Of a DNA stretch of 23,559 nucleotides, positions 1 through 12,000 are shown piece by piece (positions within the stretch are counted from its first letter, which is position 1; every line of letters begins with the position of its first letter). The position numbers were made by a program, and so were the translations under genes. The stretch comes from a virus. Taxonomy: Duplodnaviria; Heunggongvirae; Uroviricota; Caudoviricetes. Location: positions 91,410 through 114,968 of IMG/VR virus record IMGVR_UViG_3300023174_000088; one strand, given 5' to 3'. The notes under the pieces were generated by a model. That model was given only the letters and a program-made list of their open reading frames with translations. It was not told where the DNA came from and did no database searches.

Positions 1-1
1 A

Positions 2-3000
2 GGTGCTGTACCTTTAATTGGTCTGCAGATAGGAAAGGCATCTCTCTATCTAAATAAACTTTTTGCTGGGTCAAATAAACTTGACAAAGTTCTTGATATT
101 GCAAAATCCCTCAATAAGACAGAGAAGCAACTGCTCACTCTGAAAAACTTAGCCTATGCAGCTGAAGCCACTAAACTTTCTAATGGTTTCAGATATGGTC
201 TTTCGTTGTATGGAGCATCAAGAACAGAGGCTGCTGTTGAGTCTAGAGATGCGTATAGAACAATTAAAGACAAGTTGATTTCAGACTACAGAAAACAAAA
301 TGGCGTAGATCCAAGTGGAGCAGTATTGGATGAAATAGAAAAATATGCTACGGATGGGATGAATGTTAGGTTTGGTATTAACATGACTCTTCTGACAGCA
401 TCAAACGCTATACAGTTTGGTTCCCTTTTTAAATCTTTCACAAATGCAAGTAAGGGAGCCCCTGGTCTGTTTGAAGCACCTGTAGGAGAGCTTGGAAAGG
501 TGGGACTTGCAAAAGGGTCTATAGATGTATTTGAAAAGAAAGCTACCACTGGACTTGGAGCAAAGGTTTGGGAATCCATCAAACCTACAGTGAAGAATGT
601 ACTAACAGAAGGTGTGTATGAAGAAGGTGGACAGTTTGCTGCTGAAAAGGGCGTGTATGACTACTACACTAGGAAATACAAAAACTTAAAAAACCCAGAA
701 TACGCAAAAACCTGGAACACCCTTAATGAGGTGATGAAATCTACCAACGAAGGTTTGGCAGAACAGTTCGGGTCTACGGAGGGTATTCAGAACATGCTGA
801 TTGGTGGTATAACCGCACTGATTACAGGAGGAGTTTCAAGCAAAATGAGGAGGCTTAGAGGAGAACCATCTAAAGACGAGAGATTACAATCTGCAATAAA
901 TATTCTAAACAACCATAAAGTTACAGGAATATTAGGAGATCAGTATGACTCAACACTAAACTCTGCAAACATTTCTAGAGAAATGCAGGAAGCTGCAAAT
1001 AGTGGCGATGTCTACAAATATAAAAACTTAAAACATGATCAGTTCTTCACATATGTAATGTCACGTATTCCTGCAGGAATGCATGATATCACTATTGAGC
1101 AATTGAAGATGCTTAAAGATCTTGACAAAGAGCAGTTTGAGAAAGCCTTCGGAATGAATTTTGACGAGTCTAATAAAAAGACAGTTGGTGAATACGTTGA
1201 CTCATTGATAGAAAAAGCAAATAGCATTAAAGAAACTGCAGACTCTCTTGACTTTACATTTAAAAATCCATTCAGAAACTACGTAGATCCAAAAACTCCA
1301 GAAGAAACTGAAGAGCGTTTAAAACATATTGTATTTAATAATTGGAAAAAAGATCTTGCTTATTACGCAAGTGCTGAACAAGATACAAAAGAAAGACTTC
1401 TGAGTATTGAACAGGATTTGTCAAAGATCAATCCTCTTATAGATTTGGATCTTGTTTCCAAACTTACAAAGAAAGAAGGACTGCAAGAACTGACAAGGGA
1501 ATATGAATCTCAAGCCACTACGCTGGAAAAATCCATAAATGAATACACCACTCCAGAAGACAAGAGAAAACTGAAGAGTCAAGTTAAAGCTCTAAGAACT
1601 GCTATTGAGAAAATCAATCTTGCATTGACAGCTAAAAATCTTGATACAAAAACATTTGAACAGCTTATTAATTTTGAAATAGGAGGAAGAACAGACATCA
1701 CTTCCAAAAACTATCCTTCTGAAAAGACGGCAAACTTATTCAAACTTGCTACAGATGTCAACAGTCTCAATGCAAGAAGAGATGCTGCAAGTCAATCGTT
1801 TGACGCTCTCACCACTGAGGGTGGTGTCAATAAGTATTTTGAGCAAGCTGATGAAATGGAGGAAGAGTCTGAGAAAGAAGAAGAAAAACCCGAACAACAG
1901 CCACTTACACAGACACCTCAATACACTTACAAAAATGCTGCTGGTGAAATCAAACCCATCGATTTAAATAGAGAATACCAAATCCCAACTGCCAAAGTTG
2001 CCAAGCTCAACAAGATTAATGATGATAAATATGAAGTGGTTTCTCCTAACGGAACCATTACATTTTATGACAATCTTGAGGATGCAAAAGAGGCGCTTGA
2101 TGAAATAAATGCTGACCTGTCAGAGCTAGCAAAGGTTAAGGTGATTGCTCTCAATCCAGATGGTACAATCAAAGTGGAAGACATATCTGGAAACATCCAG
2201 AACATCAGAGCTGAGGACCTTGAGGGCTATGAAGGTTTGGAGACAGAACAGGAAAAGATTACAAGGCAAAAGGACCAGATTGATAAGGAGCAGAAAGAGA
2301 TCGAAACAAGATCTGGCACTGTAAACACAGGAGATCCTACAAAAGAAACCTGGGAAGAGGAAGGGTTTCTAAAGGATGCCAACTGGTTATTCACTTCTGG
2401 AATAACAGAATCTGAAGACTGGGCCGACACTACAAAGTCTTCTCCTCATGTAATCAGAGCAAGGAAGTTTCTTAGAAAAGCCAAGCGACTGTCAAACAGA
2501 AATAAGCTTAGGGCAATTGTTGTAACAGCAAAACAACTCAATGCTCTTGGTCTTAAAGGACTTGCACAGCTTTCCTACAAAAAAGATTTAGCATCAGATA
2601 TAAATGAAATCGAAGATGTATTTGATGTAGAAAAAGGATTTGTTGCACAAGTTTTCACCGTACAGGAAGCTGATGGATTGTATTATGTAGATGAGAAGGG
2701 TGAGAAGATTTCCAAAGTGGGAGAGCAAGTGGATTTGAACAGGGTGGTATTCCAGACGATGCCCACAACATCTCTTGAAAATAGAAGAGGAAATCCAAGA
2801 TATAGAAAGGACCAGAAAGATGTTGCGGAGAAAATGGCAGAAGCCTGGAAGAAAAAAAGAGCAGAACTGTTCTCTGCCCCAGAAAACTCATATACAACAT
2901 ATGAATTTGTCATCTCTAGAGGTATCCCTGAGCCAAGTATAGTGGTAAATGGCATTAAAGAAAAAAACCATGTAGGTACAACGCTCATTGATGAAGACCA

Positions 3001-6000
3001 AAAAGAAGCAGAAAAGATAATTTCTTCCCAACAAGGACTGATTCTCATTCCAACAAGAGATACAATTTCACACAATGGGAGATTGTTAAAGGTTCCAAAA
3101 GGAAGACCTGTCCTGCAATTTGGAGATACATTAGAGTTTCTTAACAATAAGAAGTTTTCTCGCTCTCAGGCAAAGTCCATTTTTGAGGTGATGAAGGCAA
3201 TTGCTGAGGAAACTGTAACTCAAACAAAAGAAGGTAGGGAAATAAAATTTAATAGATCGTATTCCTTATTCTTACAGAATGTGCTGTTCTGGGTGAAGGG
3301 CACCACTACATCTGGTAACCAGATGTATATAGATGAGAAAAACATCTATATTGGAGGAAAGGCGTATTCCCTTGTAGACTTTGCTGATAAAGAGTCTGAG
3401 ATAGTTCAACAGCTCGAGGAAACTTACAATAACGTAAATAACAAAAGTCTTACAGAATACTTCTCAGAACCGTTTGTAGAATTCTATTATGAGGATGGAG
3501 AGATTAAAGATAGGGAATGGAAAAACTACCAGTCTTATCTATTGTCTTCAAAAACTCCAGATGGCAAAGCAAGAAACATAAATGAAACTCCGCTTTCCAC
3601 AACCATCCCAACTCCTTCAGCATCAATCCCTTACACGCACAAGCAAAAGTATGCAATTCTGATAGGAATGGAACTTCCTATTTCACAACCACAAACTTCC
3701 ACACCCCCTCCTGCAGGAGACACTACAGAAGCTCCTAAGATTGGAGAATATGTTGCTGATGGAACTACAAAAAATAAGATTAAACTCAAAGAACCTATTG
3801 GAGAGATTGAGTTTGTGGCTTCTATAGATGGTACAAACACAGTATCTGTTAAAGTCTTTTCTGGCCCTAATACAGAAGCTATATCAAAAGATGCTGCAAA
3901 GGTTAAGCCCTATTTAGACTTCTTGAAAGCTGCAGGAAAGTTTGATGCTAAAAAAGATGTAGAGCAACTTCTTCTTGAATTCATTTCAATGAACGTTGCC
4001 CAAAGGCTCCAAACTCAGCTGAATGAACAAATAAAGAATGCAAAACCTGCTGGCGCCACTGAGGTGATTTCAGAAGAAGAGTATAAAAACTTCATAGACA
4101 AGAACATTGTATCAGATGTAATCTTAAATTCCATTGCTGACAAAGTGGTGTCAAGAGCACCTCTTTCCGAAAGGGAACTTGTAATATTTAATGCAAGAGT
4201 TGCTGATATAAATGAAATCATTAGAAAGAAAAAAGCCCCCACCACTGATTCCGATAAAGAGATTAGAGATAAAATAAAATCTCTACCTGATTCTGTGTAC
4301 AATGATGATAAAAACACTGGACTATTTTTAGATGTCATTATAGATAAAACAAAAGATTATAAAAAAGGAGCAGACATAAATCAAGAAGGATTTATCGTAA
4401 ACTTCTCTGGTGTTGATTCTAAAGATGATATCAAATTAACAATTAATAGTGTTTCTAAAGAAGGTGATAATTATAGAATTATTGGTAGAGGAGGAATTGG
4501 TGCAAAAGCTGCTAGTTATAATTTTTTAGTTTCTCCGTCTGGAGAAATACTTTCTATTACTTCAGCTGAAGGTAAAACTTTCTCTGGTCAAACAAACGCA
4601 AACATTCGCCCAACAGAAGCAATAAGAAAATCTATACAGTCTACATCAAATAAAGATTTGATGAATAGATTAGCTTCTTTAGCAACAGCCCCTGTTTCTA
4701 CAGATGCTAAAGCTAGTATAGACAGTGATATTCAAAATGTATTAAATGCTAAAAATAAAGAAGAATTAATTAAAGCTGCTGAGAAACTTGTTGGTATAAA
4801 TCCTTATGATCAGGGTGCTGTTAGTATGGGAACAAGAGCTGCACTAATGACTCCTGGATCTTTTGATAGAGGAAAAACTTTATTTTTAGAAGAAATAAAA
4901 GGTATTATTGAAATAAAAAGAAAATCAGAAGGAGTTAAACCTACAGATGCTAAAGCTGATATAGAAAGAAGAAAAAAAGAAGCTTTACAACCAAAAACTA
5001 AAAATAATCCTAATGGATATGATGTAATAAAAATTAGTGACACAAAAACAGACTACTATTACTTTTATCAAAATCCTTCAGATAAAGAAGATTTTGAAGG
5101 TATGAGAACAAGCTCTAAAGCAGAAATACTTAAACAAATTGCAGCTAAGTATGATGCAGAACTAGCTAGAGAACTTTATAAAGAAATCAAAGCTGGTAAA
5201 ATGGTTACTGATATGACAATAGCTGAGCAAGCTGTTGCTGATAAATATATTACTCCTGAACTTAGAGCAAGTGTTGACGCAGAACTAGCTGCTTTAGAAG
5301 GAACTAAGCCACAGGAAAAGGAATTAAAAACAGTAGAATCTGCAATTAGAGCAGTGTTTGGGTTTTATGACCAAGCCAAAAGAAATCAAGAAGCTGGCAA
5401 TAAGTTACGAGATGATGAGAAAGATGTGATTAACGATCCTCTGAAGTATTTGGAAAAGGAACGTGATGGATACCAAAATAGTATAAATGAGATAATTCCT
5501 AAACAAATAGCAAGTCTTGAGGCATCAAAAGCTAAAAAGAATGAAAAAGAAATAGCTAAAATAAATGAGAAGATAGAAGCAAATAAAAAAGACTTAGCTA
5601 GATATGAAGAATGGCTGAAGCAGATAGATGGTGTAATAGCTAAGGTGAGGGAAGTTATTGCTTCTTCAGAAAAATCTTCTAAGACAGGAGAACAAACAAA
5701 AAAAGATCCTAATAAATTTGATGGGTTTGACGGTCCAAGTGGAGACTTTAGAAGGATATCTCTTGGAGAAGTGGGTGGTATGACAGAGGAAGAGATTGAG
5801 CTGTTTAAAGCTTGGCATGCAGAGAATGTTCCGTTTATTCCTTATGAGATTTTAGAAAACATCATTAAAACACATAATGGTGGAAAGGCATGGGGTGTAT
5901 TTGAGAATGGTGTGGCTAAGTTCGTAAGAGGTGGACTCAGAGGTACAGAATATCATGAGGTGTTTGAGGCCATCTGGAAAGGCTTCCTTACGGAGCAGGA

Positions 6001-9000
6001 GAGAGTAGCTCTTATGACAGAGTTCAGATCTAGAAGCGGTCAGTTTGTAGATAGGGAATCTGGCATGAGAATAGACTACTCAGCTGCTACAGATAGACAA
6101 ATAAAAGAAAGAATAGCTGATGACTTTTCTGATTTCAGACTTGGTAAGCTTCCTGCCAGGAACCTTAGTGAAAGAATTTTGAGATTTTTCAAGGCTATGA
6201 TTGACTTCTTTAGAAGCTTTGTAACAAAACCTTCTTTAAAAGATAAGCTGTTCAATGCTATTGATACAGGAAAGTTTAAAGAGAGAGTTCTTCCTGAATC
6301 TGTAAAAAATGAAGCTGCTGAATACAGGGCTGTTGAAGGACTTACAGAACAGCAAACACATGAGTTTGTTGAAGATATGACAGCAAGGGCTGCTGGGATT
6401 CTCTTTAAAGAGGCTGATAAAAAGACACTGTTCAACCCTGAGGGTATTACAAGCGTTAAGATGTTCTCAGAGATTGAGAGAATGTACGAGTCTGAAAGGA
6501 ATGCCAGTGGGTTTTCTAAGAGAGACATGTTGTCTGATGAGGCTTGGAGTCAGCTCAAGAGTAAGACAAAGAACTATCTTCGAACATTAGGTATAAACTT
6601 TAATGAGGAGGATAGGGTGAATATAAACGACGAGAACCATGATGGTCGTATGTATGCTGCAGAGCCTTTCTCTACAGACTGGAAGAAATCTTCTCCATTT
6701 GCAATCAAATTCACTCTTGCAACACTTTTGAAAACAGTTGCTATAAACCAAAAGAATAATCTCAGGCTGGAATTACCAAAAGCAGATACGTCAACAATTG
6801 GATATAAACTTATAAATTTCAGCAGGGCATTTGCCACACTCATGGACAAAATGTCTAATACGACAAGTGTTAGCAAGTTGGTTGAAAAGCTAATTGACAT
6901 ATCTAATAGAGACTCCGATTATGTAAGGTTGTTTAGAAGACTTGGTGGGGTCACCACTAAAGAGGGGGAATCTTACATACCTTTTGAAAACTTTGATAGG
7001 CATGATTGGAGACTGTTCATCAACTTCTTTCAGGTTTTTACAAAACAAAAACCAGAAGCCATCATACAATATAGAAGTGAAGGAGATGTCTATTCAAGAC
7101 CAGCAGCGTTTTTCTCTGCTTCAAAAGAGGTTGAGCTGTCATGGATGGAAAATCTAAAAGCATTGGCTCTTGATAAGGATTCTATTGTGTGGCTTGATAG
7201 AGATTCAACAACATATAAAGTTAATAGAAGGCCTCTTGAAGGAATTGACATATCAAAACCTCGAAGTGCAATAGGGTTTATTAGTGAGATAGGTATTAAG
7301 TTTCCGATGGAGTCATTCCTGAAACTGAGCACTGATGAACAGAATCAGTTTATGGATTCTGTTAGTCAGATATATAACTATTTAGGTAGTAATGAAGATG
7401 TGGCATCTATTAAAGGGAACACACTTGGCATCAGTGGACCTGTTTCTAAACTTAGCAAATTATATGTACAAGTGACCAATCCCAATAGGGAAAACACCCA
7501 TTTCAACATTGATGGTAAACGTGCACAAAACTATGCTGATAATAATGTAAGTTCTGTATTTGAGAATGTCTTTAATGAGGTGGATAGTTTGGAAGAGCTG
7601 TTTGAAGCAATGCCTCATCTTAAGGACGTATTCTCAGCAGGCTCTCAAGTGTTGAAAAAGGGAGGGTTGTTCTTTGATGCAGATGGTAAGAGGATAAAGA
7701 AAATGAAGGTTAAGACAATTGAGGGTACAAAGATTGTTGATAAGAACAAGGGCATGAGTAGTGCAAAGCTCAATCTTGGAGATAGATTTGTACAGGAGAT
7801 TAATGAAAATCTGGATGGCAACTATTACATCCTTGTCCCTGCAGATAGCTCTACAGAGTGGATGATGGAGATGGGTAACACCATAAGCTTCATTGATGTG
7901 GATAGTGGCAGAGCCTGGAATAAGGTGTACAAGATTTTCCAAGGATATTTAATGGACGACATCAACCTTGCGCTTGATTGGAAGAATAGAGAAAAGCTTA
8001 CAAATGTTGGAACAAAGGGTAAGCAACTTAGGTTTTTCAAAGACATCTTAGGCAAAAAGGAGTTGGAGGAAATTGAATCTTTGATTAATAGGGGAGCAAC
8101 AGAAGATGAAATCACTGATTATGTTAAAGACAATATTGAGGCTATAAACAATGCTGTAAAGGATTATATTAATGGAACTGTTAATGAGACAATTGATATT
8201 CTAAAAGAAAACAATAAGATTATTACAAAGGATGGTGGGTTTAAATTTCCAAATCTACTTGACGCATTTGCATTAAAGAGAAATGTAGGCATTGACAAAA
8301 ACAATATGAGTGAAAAAGATGTCAATAGTCTTATTACATTTGTAAACATAAATTACATCATCAATAACATTGAATACCACAAAATCCTATTTGGAGATCC
8401 CTATCAGTTTGGTATTAAGGAAAAAGATGGCAAGGTGATTCTTGATGAGACAAAACGTATTAAATCATTCCTGTCTCCAAGAAGAACAACATTTGATCAT
8501 CCTGAATATAACAACCATTTGAACAATGAGTATAATGAAACTCCAAGCGGTATTGCTCTTTCTGGTAGAACAGAAGCTTATCCTTTTGGAGATCCTGGCT
8601 ACCACAACTTCAAATCCTACGTAAACACAGTTACAATTAAAGATGTGAAGATTGCAGGAAGTCTTGCAAACATCATGTCTGCATACGGTGATGTAAATGA
8701 AACTGATGCTATGTCCTGGCTTATGGATGGGACATATAGAGAAATTAAACTGAAGAATGGACAATGGCCTGATGAGGCAGAAGCTTGGCATCAATGGCAA
8801 ATGGCTTGGACAAGACAAAATCTTCCAGGGTATATATACAGGAATCCTGCCTTAGAAACAGAAGATAAGAAGATGATTTCCAAACCTGCTCCTAAATACA
8901 CAATAGAAGTTTTAAAGCCTATTGTCACTGGTGTTAAGTATGGGAAGTCAAACATTGATCTTGTTCTTGATAAGTTTTCTCAAATGCCCATCTATTATAG

Positions 9001-12000
9001 TATGGTGAAAGGCACCAACCTTGAAAATCTCTATCTTGAGATGGCTAGGAAAGATGTGGGATATGCGATTGTAGAATCTGGAAGGAAGGTTGGGGCTGAG
9101 GGCGTACATAGTCTTTACAATCCTGATGGTTCTTTTAACAAATCTGCATTCAATAATAACATCCAGATTCCTTGGAAGGCTTATGGTATTCAGGTGGAAA
9201 ACTCATATGAGGGAGAGAAACAACAAACCCGTGGTAGCCAAATCACTAAACTTGCATCTATAGATCTTTTTGAAAACGGTCAGGCAAGTGAGGCAGCCAA
9301 ACTTGAATATGCACGCAATAAGAGAATTCTTGATGAAATGCATGAGAATGCATACAGAGAATTTTTGAAAGACTTTGGAATCCAGGATGTTGGTAATGGA
9401 TTTGCCACAACCGCAGATAGCAATAAAAGAGTTTCAGAAATGCTTGTTTATGAGATGTTAAGAAGAAAACTCTCTGACAATGCTATAGACACTGTCCAGC
9501 TTGATGAAAACGAACAGTTCAGAATACCATTTGAAGCATCACCCTCATATGTACAGATAAGAGATATTCTCTATTCGATGATTGACAAGAAGATATTGTC
9601 TCCAAGAATGAACGGTGGTGCTCATGTACAGGTGTCTTCCACAATGTTTGAATCTGCTACAAAAGGGAGAAGTCTTGCTATGAAGACAGAAACTGGGTGG
9701 AGAAAAATCACCAAGAAAGAATACAAAAAACTCAGCGAAGAAGATAAGAAAAAAGTTGTCCTTACAGATGACACATTAAAGTTTTATACAAAAGAAGACC
9801 CTTATTGTGAAATTCTACTCCCTCACTGGTTTGGTGAGAAGTTGATGAAAGAGGCCAAGTTTAAAACAAAAGAAGCTCTTCTAACCTATCTAAATGACAC
9901 TGAAGAAGGGAAGAAAATACTTAGGGGAATCGGTTTCCGCATTCCTACAGATGCTTTGAACAAGATTGAAGTGTTTAGAGTGAAAGGGTTTCTTCCTGAA
10001 TATATGGGCGCTACAGTGGTGGTTCCTTCAGAAATCACCACAAAGGCTGGTTCTGACTTTGACATTGATAAACTCAGTATGTATTTGAAATCAGTCTATC
10101 TGGATCCAAATGGTAACATAAGACTTATACAATATAAGGGATCTGAGGAAGAAACTAAAGATTTTTATTCTCAAGTTTATGAGAATACAATCAGAAAGCA
10201 GATTAAGAGAATTGAAAGATTTGATGAGTTTAGAAAAAGGCTTGTTGACATATTTGATCAAATAGAAAGATATGATGGTGAGGAAACCGAGATGGAGTAC
10301 ATCCTCAGTCCAGAAGATTATGATTTCTATGAATACCACATCAAACTTATTGATGAAATAGATGCACAAGCAGAAGAAGCTGGCCTATACACATCTGATT
10401 ATATACGTGAACAGATAGACAGGCTCAAGGATGTAAAAGAAGAATTGAGAGCTGAAATTCTCAACGAAGAGATGAGAGAGAAGTTTGTAAATAGGATGTA
10501 CAAGAAATCACTTGAGAATGAATACTATGATTCTCTTGAGAAGCTGATTACACTTCCTGAAAACTTTGAAAGACTCATTAAGCCAACGGATGATGCAGGT
10601 ATTAAAGATATATCTGATGAAATTGATTCATTGATAAACTACGATGAGTCTAATATCATGAACAGGCTTCTTAACAGGAACTACATGACATCTTTGAGAC
10701 ATTCATTTGTTGTTGCAAAAAGATGGGTGGGAATTGGTGCTGTTAATATTACAGGCCATTCTCTTGCCCAGAAAACAACTCTGATCGTCAATACAGACAT
10801 GTTCAATAAACTTTCAGGTAGAGACAAAGACATAATTGGAGATGGCTCAATCGCTCTCCCTCATAATAAGGTGACTATTAATGGAAGAGAATTCATTTCT
10901 CTTTCTGGTAAGATGGATGCTGAGGATAAGCTTTACATTTCTGATGGCCTATCTGGGTATATAACTACATTTGTGGATGTGGCAAAAGATCCGTACATCA
11001 TGAAGATTATTAAATCTGATCTTGCTGTTGGCACATTCATGTTTTTGCAAAGAGTGGGAGTTCCTATTAGAACTTCCGCAATGTTCATGAATCAGCCAAT
11101 TATAAGAACCTATTTGCAAATGCTTGACTCAAGAGGGTCCAGAAACCTGTTTGATAAGAACATACAGGTTCTTGCAAAGATGTTGTTCTCTGACACCACT
11201 GGAGATATAGCAAGCGAAATTGATATAAATGTAGATGGTCTTTCTGATAATATTAAAAAATATTATTCTGGTAAAAAGCTTTCCCAGGAAGAGAATGCTG
11301 AGCAGCAAAAAATCCTTGATGAGTTTTTGAAATACGCAAAGATGGCAGAATTTAACTTTAAGTTTACACAGGCCACAAACTATGACACATCAAAATTCAG
11401 AAGTGCTGAGAATCTCTTTAAGAAAGAATCTCTTACAGATAAGGCAATCGAATCAAATATAATATCTTCTGTTGAAGAAGTGCTCAAATCTTCACATCTC
11501 AAGAAGCAGAAAGATGTTCTCCACTCACTGGCAGATGCTATGGGTGTGATATTGAAACTGGATAAGTATCAATTCAGGAACATAACAAACAGTGTACTTA
11601 GAAGATTTGCAGAACGAGAGTTTCTTAGCAATGACGATTATGTTAAAATAGCAGCTAAGGTGAAGGCATCATTCCTCGATTTCATCATCCAGACAAAAAC
11701 GGGATTGAACAAGGATGTGAGAGAGCTTCTTGTAGATGCTGGTACGGCTGTTGTGGCCCAACTTGAAAAAGCAAAGATTGCCCATCCTGAAATGAAAATA
11801 CTTCAGGAGTTACAGCCAGCCAGCTCTGATCGTATAGGTGGAGCAAAAACGGTGAAACTTGCTGTGAACATTAAAGAGGCATATGATGAAAATCTCTATA
11901 CAGGCTATATGAGGGAATTAAGGGACAACCCTGATACGACAAATCTATATTACAACATCATCTATGCGTCTCTTCTGCAAAACACCTATCAGTATTCTGT

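Noticed and set aside
206-208. TTG at 206 as the start of ORF1
   Set aside because: The frame is open upstream to the window edge with protein-like sequence, so the gene is 5'-truncated.
8400-11100. Intein or group I intron in the RNAP gene
   Set aside because: No frame break, no Cys/Ser...His-Asn splice pair and no LAGLIDADG or HNH motif seen by eye.
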